37,133 nucleotides of DNA, from NCBI GenBank assembly GCA_024645305.1, contig JAHEFU010000001.1, positions 6,809-43,941 on the forward strand. The letters run 5' to 3'. This document shows, in pieces, positions 8,528 to 16,066 of the stretch. Origin of the DNA: Planctomycetales bacterium (GTDB lineage Bacteria; 4484-113; JAFGCY01). Each line of letters opens with the position of its first letter. Position 1 is the first letter of the stretch. The notes below the pieces were generated by a model. It was not told the DNA's origin and made no database searches. It saw only the letters and a program-made list of their open reading frames with translations. Made by a program: the position numbers and the translations under genes.

Positions 8528-9511
8528 TCAGCCCTCAGGGGCATACAGGTCCGGGAACTTGAGGAACAGGTTCTCGAGGATCTCCCCGATAGCCTTCAGG
8601 CTCTCCTTGCTGCATTTGTCAATCGTGTCGTCCGTCGTATGCCAGTAGCGGTTGTCAGGCCCGTACTCGAAGTCAATGAAGTCGTAGAAGTGCATCCCGC
8701 GGTCAATGAAGGCCAGGTGGTCATCGTAGATCGTCAGTGCGCCCGCCTCGCGGAACACCCTGTATCCCATCGCATCATTTAGGGCTTTGGCGGCCATGAA
8801 GATCTCGGCTGACCTGGAGGAGTGGTTCTCGGGCCGGATCACCAGGTCACTGTCACCCACCATGTCGATCAGCACTCCGTAGTTGTAGCTGTCAACCTCA
8901 CTGTCCGGCATGCTGGCGGCATAGTACTTGCTGCCCAGCAGCATCATGTCCAGCCCGGGGCCGTAGTCCTCCCCATCGAAGAACACGAGGTCCAGGCCCG
9001 TCTCGAACTCCTGTTCGGAGAACACCCGGGTCAGTTCGAGCAGCACCGCCACGCCGCTGGCTCCGTCATTGGCGCCCTGGATCGGCAGCTTCTTGCTGGC
9101 CTTGGTATTCATGTCGGCGGTCGGCCGGGTGTCCCAGTGCGCGGCCAGCATCACCCGGCGGGGGGCATTGACATTGAAGCGGCCGACGATGTTCCACATC
9201 CGGGTATCGCTGCCACCGAGCTGCATGCTGAATTCCTGGACTTCCACTGCATCGCAGTACTTCTCGAGATCAGCGACAATGTATTCCTTGCAGGCCTTGT
9301 GCGCAGAGCTGCCCGGTACACGGAATCCCATGTTGATCTGGTTCTCGAGATGCTTCCAGGCCTTGCGCTCATCAAAGTGCCGGGTTGCCAGATAGAGGGC
9401 GGGGTCCACCTGATCAGCATTGCCACTGCCCTGGGCATTGGCACCGTCACCGGAATTGCAGCCCAGCAGGGCGGCGAAGACTAGCAGGATTGCAGCAGTC
9501 AGTGGTCTCAT
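8528..9511 (-). CDS. M28-fold lipoprotein, glutaminyl-peptide cyclotransferase-like (type II bacterial QC) or aminopeptidase
   Basis: Lipobox ALLGC. The motifs AAHWDTRP.AD....(P)IQGANDGASGVAVLLEL.R...(V)FFDGEDYG match M28/QC metal-site motifs. Confidence 0.8.
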   Translation of the reverse strand: MRPLTAAILLVFAALLGCNSGDGANAQGSGNADQVDPALYLATRHFDERKAWKHLENQINMGFRVPGSSAHKACKEYIVADLEKYCDAVEVQEFSMQLGGSDTRMWNIVGRFNVNAPRRVMLAAHWDTRPTADMNTKASKKLPIQGANDGASGVAVLLELTRVFSEQEFETGLDLVFFDGEDYGPGLDMMLLGSKYYAASMPDSEVDSYNYGVLIDMVGDSDLVIRPENHSSRSAEIFMAAKALNDAMGYRVFREAGALTIYDDHLAFIDRGMHFYDFIDFEYGPDNRYWHTTDDTIDKCSKESLKAIGEILENLFLKFPDLYAPEG

Positions 9512-9520
9512 GGCCTAAAG

Positions 9521-9526
9521 AGTATA
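9521..9526 (-). promoter_or_regulatory. -10 hexamer TATACT 9 nt upstream of the ATG at 9511
   Basis: The minus strand reads acTATATACTctttaggccATG, inside the 21-bp gap after the upstream gene. No SD. Confidence 0.35.
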
Positions 9527-9532
9527 TAGTCG

Positions 9533-9838
9533 CTACAGGTTTGGTGCAGTCTTGTCTACGATGATTATCGGAATCTCGCCAGGCTCGCAATAGCCCAGCT
9601 TCTGCTTCAGGAGGTCAATCTGGGTCCCAGTATCCGTTTCCAGACGCTGCCTGGTATCCATCAGGCGGGTCAGTTCAGAGAGGTTCGAGTCGTACTCCGC
9701 CTGGTTGCGAGAGAGGCGCTCCTGCATTTCACGATTCTCCTGCAAGGCGGCCCAGGCCTGGCTGCACATGATGGCTGCAACGGCCCACACGGATAGCAGG
9801 ATGACAAGACGGCGAATTGCCCTAAGATGGTGCCCCAT
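9533..9838 (-). CDS. FtsB/DivIC-like septum formation initiator family protein (small bitopic coiled-coil protein)
   Basis: The 101-aa protein has one N-terminal TM helix (LVILLSVWAVAAIM), a coiled-coil segment, and a C-terminal ..LLKQKLGY.EPGE..I.. resembling the FtsB/DivIC tail (AR..LG...PGE). GAGGG lies upstream of the ATG. Confidence 0.55.
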   Translation of the reverse strand: MGHHLRAIRRLVILLSVWAVAAIMCSQAWAALQENREMQERLSRNQAEYDSNLSELTRLMDTRQRLETDTGTQIDLLKQKLGYCEPGEIPIIIVDKTAPNL

Positions 9839-9917
9839 AATTTTTCAACCCTCGTGGGAAACAGTATCAAAAATTTCTCAACAGGGTAAGTTTACATATG
9901 TGAAGTAAACACGGATG

Positions 9918-11423
9918 TCAGTCGGTTTGCAGGCTGAGGGGGTTTTCCCCATAGTACCCCTGAAGCTGGGAGATGTAATCCCGGATGATCTCGTGGATGC
10001 TTTCATCATAGGCAGAGCTGTGCTCCCGCAGATTCCTGACTGACTCATTTCCGGTGATCAGGGAAATCTCAACCCTGCTGCTCAGTGGGAATCCGTCGGA
10101 ATCCAACTCACTTTGAGAAAGTGCCTTGCGCAGATATCCACTGGACTGTTCCTGTAGCAGAACACTGCTTTGTGCATCGGGGTGTGCCGCACTGGCAATG
10201 CAAAGCGCCATCATACTGAGCTGTTTTTCAGCGTAAGTCCTGCTGTTTTGCAATGCCAACTCGGCGAACTGCATTGCACTGAAAATTTGCTGTTCAGCCT
10301 GGGCATCAGTCACAGTCATTGATTGATTACTCAATAAGGACGTAAATGAGGATAGTTCCATGAGTAGATAAGGATCATTCTCATTACCTGTGTATAATGC
10401 GGAAGCAGCTGAATTCCAGTCCTGGGCGTTTCCGATGCCGGCCAGTTCCGTATAAACACTGGCCTCAGCCGCCGCCTTGCTGAAATTCAGGAACGGTGAA
10501 GCAGCTATGTCTGCTAGACATGTATCGAATGCCTGGCTGTTTTCCTGACCTGTTGCTGCAAGGATTACTGCTTTTTGTACGGCGACGTAGGCCGGGTCAA
10601 GCAATTCACTCCTGTTGTATTCCAGATATGCCTGAGCATCGCTGAATCGGGCATTGTGAAGCAGATAACTCAGCGTTGTCAGATAAGTGAAGCGTTCAAT
10701 TACGGGTGAAGTATCAGGATCATTGCCTGTTGATTCGGCGGAATTAGAATTATCTGGAAGAACAAGTGAATCACTTTCAAACTGGCTTGCCAGATCGAAG
10801 TGATTTAACATACAGTGTATTTTAAATGCCATAGACCTGCTCGACTTTGATAACAGTTCCGCATTAATGTAGCTGTCCTGCAGCTCAGCCAGCCCTTGCC
10901 GCTCATCCGTTTCCAGCCACAGTGTCAGGGCCAGCAGGTCCAGATCCTCAGCCATGTATGGCTCCATACTCAGCAGGTCCCGCTTCCAGGTCCGGAACTC
11001 ATCTTCCAGCAGGGCCATGGCCAGGAAGTTCAGCAGCAGCTCCCCGGACCCCCGGTTGGGCACGTCACTGCTGCGGTAGTTCTGCATCACCAGGGGCAGG
11101 GCCTCCCGCAGGTAATCGTGGTAGAGCTCAGGATCCATGTTTGCGCAGTAGTACAGGACTATGGTCAGGAGGGTCCTTTCCCGGAAGCCGTCATGCTGCT
11201 CATACTGGGCCCTTGCCTGGGGAAGCAGTTTGCTGGCTTTGTCCAGACTGGGACTGCTTACAAGCTCGTTGATGGACTGCTCCAGCTGCATGTTGCCCAG
11301 ACTGGCCAGCGGAATTCCCGACTCCCCGGCTTCCTGGATGCGCAGCACGCTCCATCCCAGCCAGGTGGATGCAAATATGAATACTACAATTAAAATAATT
11401 GTTACTGCAGAGCTGTTATTCAT
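9918..11423 (-). CDS. Hypothetical membrane-anchored all-alpha (TPR-like?) protein, 501 aa
   Basis: One N-terminal TM helix (VTIILIVVFIFASTWLGWSVL), then helix-rich sequence high in L/A/E/S/Q with no motif I recognise. The 3' two-thirds of the gene has lower G+C than its surroundings. Confidence 0.7.
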   Translation of the reverse strand: MNNSSAVTIILIVVFIFASTWLGWSVLRIQEAGESGIPLASLGNMQLEQSINELVSSPSLDKASKLLPQARAQYEQHDGFRERTLLTIVLYYCANMDPELYHDYLREALPLVMQNYRSSDVPNRGSGELLLNFLAMALLEDEFRTWKRDLLSMEPYMAEDLDLLALTLWLETDERQGLAELQDSYINAELLSKSSRSMAFKIHCMLNHFDLASQFESDSLVLPDNSNSAESTGNDPDTSPVIERFTYLTTLSYLLHNARFSDAQAYLEYNRSELLDPAYVAVQKAVILAATGQENSQAFDTCLADIAASPFLNFSKAAAEASVYTELAGIGNAQDWNSAASALYTGNENDPYLLMELSSFTSLLSNQSMTVTDAQAEQQIFSAMQFAELALQNSRTYAEKQLSMMALCIASAAHPDAQSSVLLQEQSSGYLRKALSQSELDSDGFPLSSRVEISLITGNESVRNLREHSSAYDESIHEIIRDYISQLQGYYGENPLSLQTD

Positions 11424-11518
11424 TCGAGAATATATTATCCCTTATCTGCGGAGTAAAGAATTTTTTTAAAGACTTGGTAAAGTTGCATTTTCCATATGTC
11501 CGGGTGAGATATCCATTG

Positions 11519-11524
11519 TATAAT
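11519..11524 (+). promoter_or_regulatory. Candidate -10 (TATAAT) for the response-regulator gene
   Basis: ccattgTATAATgcg sits in an AT-rich 214-bp divergent intergenic region. It would give a leader of about 105 nt before the ATG at 11638. Confidence 0.35.
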
Positions 11525-11637
11525 GCGACAGGATTGGTTAAATGACCCGATTGGTCGGTTTGACTAAATGCTGGAAAAAGAACCGATGCGATTCAATATT
11601 TGCGCATTTGTTCGAAATCAGGGTGAAGGAAACAACC

Positions 11638-12345
11638 ATGTCACAGTCAGTTTTGATAGTTGATGATGAGCAGCAATTACGGGACATGCTCGGGGACGCA
11701 TTGTCAGAGGCCGGATACAAGGTGAAAGCCGCGCGAAATGTGCCGGAGGCCCGCAACGAGCTGGAATCGGGTACTTTTGACATCGTCGTGCTGGACATCA
11801 ACATGAATGGCAGCGAAAACGGCTTCGACCTTCTGCGCTGGATGCGGCGCACAAAGAAGGACAAGACCCCCGTGATTCTGCTGACAGCCAGCAGCGCGGA
11901 GGACGAGAAGCTGCAGGCTTTCGAGCTGGGCGCTGATGACTATGTCGTCAAGCCCTTCTCGATTCCCGAGCTCCAGGCCCGCATCAAGGCCGTCATCCGC
12001 CGTTATGAGCAGGATCGTCCCACGGAGATCGCCTTCGGTGATGTGCGGATAGACTGTTCCGCCCGCATCGTCTACAGGGGCGAGGACGAAGTCAAGCTGC
12101 GCCTCAAGGAATACCAGATCCTCGTGACCCTCGCGGAGAATCCCGGGGTGGCCATCAGCCGCCATGAGCTGTTCAAGAGCATCTGGGGCGATGACAGCCC
12201 GAGTGGTGAAAAGACCGTTGATGTGACGATCCACACACTGCGGGACAAGATTGAAGAGGATCCCTCCAACCCGCAGTTCATCCAGACCGTGCGCGGATTT
12301 GGCTATCGCTTCCAGCCATCGATTGAAAGCTCCGTTGTCAGCTAG
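11638..12345 (+). CDS. OmpR/PhoB-family response regulator (REC plus winged-helix) with no adjacent histidine kinase
   Basis: MSQSVLIVDDE.., the phospho-acceptor context DIVVLDINM, LLTAS, KPF, and a C-terminal ..L.LKEY.IL..L..NPG...SR.EL....WG......(T)VDV.I..LR.KIE......I.TVRG.GYRF. GAAGGA lies upstream of the ATG at 11638. The in-frame extension back to 11542 is rejected. Confidence 0.9.
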   Translation: MSQSVLIVDDEQQLRDMLGDALSEAGYKVKAARNVPEARNELESGTFDIVVLDINMNGSENGFDLLRWMRRTKKDKTPVILLTASSAEDEKLQAFELGADDYVVKPFSIPELQARIKAVIRRYEQDRPTEIAFGDVRIDCSARIVYRGEDEVKLRLKEYQILVTLAENPGVAISRHELFKSIWGDDSPSGEKTVDVTIHTLRDKIEEDPSNPQFIQTVRGFGYRFQPSIESSVVS

Positions 12346-12367
12346 CGCACACCCCACCTCAGAAAGT

Positions 12368-12400
12368 AGAAAGGCGTCCCGCGGGACGCCTTTTTCGTTT
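12368..12400. terminator. Bidirectional intrinsic terminator between the response regulator (+) and the 236-aa gene (-)
   Basis: GGCGTCCC (12373-12380) pairs with GGGACGCC (12383-12390). It is flanked by an A-rich tract on the left and TTTTTCGTTTT on the right, so each strand sees a hairpin followed by a U-tract. Confidence 0.75.
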
Positions 12401-12429
12401 TCATGCTGACGGTGGATACAGTGATTTGG

Positions 12430-13140
12430 CTATTCGGCCTGCTCAGTTTCACCGGCTTCCTCAGCGGCCAGCTTCTCAAGGTAGATCTTCCTTTCCTTGT
12501 ACTGACTGTATGAGTTGGAGTGAGGTGATGTCGTAGCACCTGTGATCCATACGCTGCCTGCGGGCCGCATCGCCCAGTACTCCAGCGGGTAGGTGATCTC
12601 CTGGAGTGGAATGTAGTCGATGCTCGGGCCATTGATGCTCATGATGAATGTCATCGGCTTGGGGTTCCACAGCCCGCTGTACAGCTCCGGCGGGCATTCC
12701 TGCACGATGATGTTGCCGGGGACAAATCCCTCACCACCCCAGCGGACCGGCTCCCAGTCGTTGTAGGGGTTGCCTGGCCAGTGCTCAATGATTTCCATCT
12801 TCATGAGCACCGAGCTGCCCTGCGGAAGCTGGCGGTGGATGTCCTTGTAGATTATGAAGCCGTAGTAGATCGTGTACATAGCCCATTGGAGGTATTCCTC
12901 CTGCTCCTCCGCAGTCCATTTCTCCGCAGGTTTGGACTTCAGCACCGCCTCACTGGCCAGCATCCGTTCCTCGGATTTATGCAGCTCATCCTCGTAACGC
13001 TGCATCATCTCCGTCTGGAAATTGTCCATCTTCTCCTGCTTCTCCTGCTCATCCATGGTCTGGGCGAAGCAGGGGCTCGCAACTGTGACAACGATTGCAG
13101 CAAGGGTCATGAAAAACAGGGTCAATCTCTGGAGGTCCAT
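12430..13140 (-). CDS. Hypothetical secreted protein, 236 aa
   Basis: Signal peptide MDLQRLTLFFMTLAAIVVTVASPCFA|QT. It has an acidic coiled N-terminal part and a C-terminal W/P/Y-rich domain with no recognised motif. GGGAGAG lies upstream of the ATG. G+C is lower than in the flanks. Confidence 0.7.
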   Translation of the reverse strand: MDLQRLTLFFMTLAAIVVTVASPCFAQTMDEQEKQEKMDNFQTEMMQRYEDELHKSEERMLASEAVLKSKPAEKWTAEEQEEYLQWAMYTIYYGFIIYKDIHRQLPQGSSVLMKMEIIEHWPGNPYNDWEPVRWGGEGFVPGNIIVQECPPELYSGLWNPKPMTFIMSINGPSIDYIPLQEITYPLEYWAMRPAGSVWITGATTSPHSNSYSQYKERKIYLEKLAAEEAGETEQAE

Positions 13141-13219
13141 GTTAGCTCTCCCACAATTTGATTCCTCTGCATTTTACCCCCCCGCAATGTCAAGGGCCGG
13201 CAGCATCCTTCGCAATCCC

Positions 13220-13248
13220 TTGCCGCCCGGCCCTGAGCCATCTATACT
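13220..13248 (+). promoter_or_regulatory. Candidate sigma-70 promoter of glyQS (TTGCCG-17 nt-TATACT)
   Basis: TTGCCG at 13220-13225, a 17-nt spacer, and TATACT at 13243-13248. The leader would be about 40 nt, with AAGGAGA before the ATG at 13295. Confidence 0.45.
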
Positions 13249-13294
13249 TCCCCTCTGCGCTGCGGCAGCCAGTCGTAGCGCCAAGGAGAACGTT

Positions 13295-14896
13295 ATGAGT
13301 ACCCACGGACAACAGGTCAGTTCCATGGAACTGATGGACAAGCTGGTGACGCTGTGCAAGCGCCGCGGTTTTGTGTTTGCCAACAGTGAAGTGTATTCCG
13401 GCCTGTCCGGTTTCTGGGACTACGGCCCGCTGGGCGTCGAGATGAAGAAGAACCTCGAGCGCTTCTGGTGGGATTTCATGGTGCGCCGCCGCGACAACGT
13501 GGTCGGGCTGGACTCAGCCTGCATCGGCCCCGAATCGGTCTGGACCGCCAGCGGGCATGTGGGCGCATTCAATGATGCCCTGATTGACGACAAGAACAGC
13601 AAGGAGCGCTTCCGCATCGACCAGCTGCGTTATGAAAGCGAAGCTGATGCCGAGGCCGCCGAGCTGTACGCCCTGACCTGGCTGAATGCCGGTAGCAATG
13701 GCGATGAGACGGCCTTCTGGGATGGGCTCAAGGAGCAGATTGGTTACTACCCGCTGAATCCCACGACGGGCAAGGCCAGCCGCTTCACCGTGCCGCGCCA
13801 GTTCAACCTGATGTTCCGCCAGCAGATCGGTGCCACGGGCGATGCCGGCCAGGTGGGCTACCTGCGGGCCGAAACCTGCCAGCCGATCTTTGTGGATTTT
13901 GACAACGTGCGCATCACCTCACGCCAGAAGGTGCCGTTCGGCATCTGCCAGGTAGGCAAGGCCTTCAGAAACGAAATCAACCCGCGCAACTTCCTGTTCC
14001 GTGCCCGCGAATTCGAGCAGATGGAACTGGAGTTCTTCGTGCGGCCGGATGAACTCACGCAGAAGCTTCAGGAGCTGGGCGCGGCGGACGAGTCCGGTGT
14101 CCCCGGCCAGCCGGGAGGCACCGCCCCCACGATGGACTGGTACCAGTTCTGGTTCAGCGAGCGCCAGACCTTCTACCGCGAGCTGGGCCTGCCGGAAGAC
14201 AAGCTCAGGGTGCATGAGCATCCCCCCGAGAAGCTGGCCCACTATGCAAAGGCTGCGCTGGACTTCGAATTTGAGTTCCCCTTCGGCTGGGGCGAGCTGG
14301 AGGGCGTGCACCACCGCGGCAGTTTCGACCTGGCCCAGCACCAGAAGCACAGCGGCAAGAGCTTCGAGGTGTTTGACGATGACGCGATGGCACTCCTGAC
14401 CGGCTCCGGCATGGACAAGGCGGAGGCCAAGGTGCTCGCCACTTACCTGCCGGCCTGCATAGAAACTTCCGTCGGTCTCGGTCGCATGTTCCTCGCAGTG
14501 CTGACGGCGGCCTACTTCGAGGACGAACAGGACACCAAGCATGAAGGCAAGGCCACTGACATCCGCATCGTGCTGCGCCTGCATCCGCGCATTGCGCCGG
14601 TCACCGCTGCCGTGCTGCCGCTTTCCAAGAAGCTCAGTGGACCGGACAGCAAGGCTTACGCGCTATATCGCGAGCTGCAGGATGCCGGTCTCAGTGTGGA
14701 ATTTGACGATGCCGGCAGCATTGGCAAGCGTTACCGCCGCCTCGATGAAATCGGCACACCCTGGTGCCTGACCTATGACTTTGAATCCGAGGAGGATGCA
14801 GCGGTCACCATCCGCGACCGTGACAGCCTGAGCCAGGAACGGGTCCCCATCGCGGAAGTTGCGGACTGGCTGCTGAAGCGCTACCGCGAAGCCTGA
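13295..14896 (+). CDS. glyQS: Glycine--tRNA ligase, homodimeric class II (GlyQS type)
   Basis: ..L.KRRGF.F..SE.Y.G..G.WDYGP.G.E.KKN....WW..., RAETCQ..F..F, FGI.Q.GK.FRNEI.PRNF.FR.REFEQ.E.E.F, and an anticodon-binding tail ..KK......A..L......G..VE.DD.G.IGKRYRR.DEIGTP.C.T.D. The ATG at 13295 is preceded by AAGGAGA. Confidence 0.95.
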   Translation: MSTHGQQVSSMELMDKLVTLCKRRGFVFANSEVYSGLSGFWDYGPLGVEMKKNLERFWWDFMVRRRDNVVGLDSACIGPESVWTASGHVGAFNDALIDDKNSKERFRIDQLRYESEADAEAAELYALTWLNAGSNGDETAFWDGLKEQIGYYPLNPTTGKASRFTVPRQFNLMFRQQIGATGDAGQVGYLRAETCQPIFVDFDNVRITSRQKVPFGICQVGKAFRNEINPRNFLFRAREFEQMELEFFVRPDELTQKLQELGAADESGVPGQPGGTAPTMDWYQFWFSERQTFYRELGLPEDKLRVHEHPPEKLAHYAKAALDFEFEFPFGWGELEGVHHRGSFDLAQHQKHSGKSFEVFDDDAMALLTGSGMDKAEAKVLATYLPACIETSVGLGRMFLAVLTAAYFEDEQDTKHEGKATDIRIVLRLHPRIAPVTAAVLPLSKKLSGPDSKAYALYRELQDAGLSVEFDDAGSIGKRYRRLDEIGTPWCLTYDFESEEDAAVTIRDRDSLSQERVPIAEVADWLLKRYREA

Positions 14897-15685
14897 TCAG
14901 TCCGCTGCAGGAACCACGGTGATTTCCTGGCTGTCCCCGACATGGCTGGCCTCGATGTCCGAGGAGCAGAACAGGCGCACAACATAGCGCCCGGCCTCCT
15001 TCGGCCAGAAGGTGAACTGTCCCTTGTTTCCGCTGAGCAGTGCTGAGTCAACAGCATCCTCGGCGCTGGCACTGCCCTCGAAGTTGCCGTCGTAACGGAA
15101 CAGCCCGATCCAGGCATCATGCGGGAAGTCCTCAGGCACCAGGTAGTAGGCCACCAGCGGCAGACCGACCTCCAGTTGCATGCCCTCCGAGACTTCTGTG
15201 GCATGGATGCTTACGAAGGGTGGGACCTGCGCGACAGGCTCGCCCTTTGGCCAGGCCGTGACCGCGACCTTTTCAGAGTCCACGACATTGGCCTGGCCGT
15301 CCAGCAGCATCACGGTGTACTTGCCCGTGCGGGGCGGCAGCCAGCCGTTCATGGAATCGGGCCCGCTGACCGGTTCGAAGGAGTCCTGCTCAATCTGCAC
15401 GACTTTTCCCGAATCATCCTGCTGGGTCTTCACGATCTTCAGGGTGTAACTGCCCGCAGCAGGCTCCTTGGGTACGGTGATCTGCATGCGCTGGCCCAGC
15501 TTGAGCTGGTCTGTACTGACCGCCAGTGCTTCCGCATCCGGCGGGAGGGCCACTGCGGCCTCGCTGGTCTGTGCAGCAGGGGATTCCTGCCCGGAATCAC
15601 CCTGACTGTCCGATTCACCAGCCGGACAGCCGGCAGCCAGGGGAACGATTGCAATGCACATAAGTGCCAGGAGTAGCGTTTTCAC
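14897..15685 (-). CDS. Hypothetical lipoprotein, 262 aa (Ig-like/beta-rich)
   Basis: MKTLLLALMCIAIVPLAAGC contains a lipobox. The rest is beta-strand-like sequence with no catalytic motif. Its GTG start is the first start in the ORF. Its stop codon abuts the glyQS stop with a 0-bp gap. Confidence 0.75.
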   Translation of the reverse strand: MKTLLLALMCIAIVPLAAGCPAGESDSQGDSGQESPAAQTSEAAVALPPDAEALAVSTDQLKLGQRMQITVPKEPAAGSYTLKIVKTQQDDSGKVVQIEQDSFEPVSGPDSMNGWLPPRTGKYTVMLLDGQANVVDSEKVAVTAWPKGEPVAQVPPFVSIHATEVSEGMQLEVGLPLVAYYLVPEDFPHDAWIGLFRYDGNFEGSASAEDAVDSALLSGNKGQFTFWPKEAGRYVVRLFCSSDIEASHVGDSQEITVVPAAD

Positions 15686-15691
15686 GCCGAT

Positions 15692-15697
15692 ATTCTA
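15692..15697 (-). promoter_or_regulatory. -10 hexamer TAGAAT 6 nt upstream of the GTG at 15685
   Basis: The minus strand reads cTAGAATatcggcGTG. No SD. Confidence 0.35.
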
Positions 15698-15729
15698 GCT
15701 GAGCAGCGGCTGGATTTGCGTATTTTGGC

Positions 15730-15757
15730 TTGACACGGCAATATCTGGCACTATAAT
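15730..15757 (+). promoter_or_regulatory. Near-consensus sigma-70 promoter of rpsT (TTGACA-16 nt-TATAAT)
   Basis: TTGACA at 15730-15735 and TATAAT at 15752-15757, followed by a GGAGA SD before the GTG at 15788. Confidence 0.65.
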
Positions 15758-15787
15758 CATCGTTCGACTTTTGAGCGGAGAATCTAC

Positions 15788-16060
15788 GTGGCGAATACGA
15801 AGACAGCAAAGAAGCAGATCCTGGTGACCCGCCGGAACCAGGAACGCAATGTACATTTCAAGACGATGCTGAAGACCAGCATCAAGAAAGCGCGCATTGC
15901 GATGGATGGCGAGGACCGGGATGCGGCCAAGACTGCCCTCGATGCAGCCGTCAAGCGCATCTACAAGAGTGCCACCAAGCGCCTGATCAAGAAGCAGAAT
16001 GCTTCACGCAAGGTCAGCCGCCTGATGCTGGCCTTCAACAAGCAGTTCGGCAAGAAGTAA
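15788..16060 (+). CDS. rpsT: 30S ribosomal protein S20
   Basis: MANTKTAKKQ......RN.....K...KT.IKK.......D...A......A.K.I...A.K..I.K..A.RK.SRL, 90 aa, a classic S20 sequence. Confidence 0.95.
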   Translation: MANTKTAKKQILVTRRNQERNVHFKTMLKTSIKKARIAMDGEDRDAAKTALDAAVKRIYKSATKRLIKKQNASRKVSRLMLAFNKQFGKK

Positions 16061-16066
16061 ACCCGG

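Noticed and set aside
11542-11637. A 32-codon in-frame extension of the response regulator
   Set aside because: Receiver domains start a few residues before the DD pair. The ATG at 11638 has an SD, and the extension lies in AT-rich, promoter-like sequence.
13022-13294. A 91-codon N-terminal extension of the glyQS ORF, overlapping the 236-aa gene and the intergenic region
   Set aside because: The conserved GlyRS N-terminus begins at the ATG at 13295, which has a strong AAGGAGA SD. The extension crosses a promoter-like region.
13141-13294. A possible T-box leader upstream of glyQS
   Set aside because: The region is only about 150 bp, of which about 45 nt would be leader. I see no specifier-loop or T-box (AAUUAGGGUGGUACCGCG-like) sequence and no terminator/antiterminator pair.
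14893-14900. The palindromes CTGATCAG (also at 34254-34261) and TGATATCA (27536-27543) as possible protein-binding or methylation sites
   Set aside because: TGATCA is the automatic result of two abutting convergent TGA stops, and TGA-TA-TCA arises the same way. Only the flanking C/G symmetry is additional, and that is easily chance.
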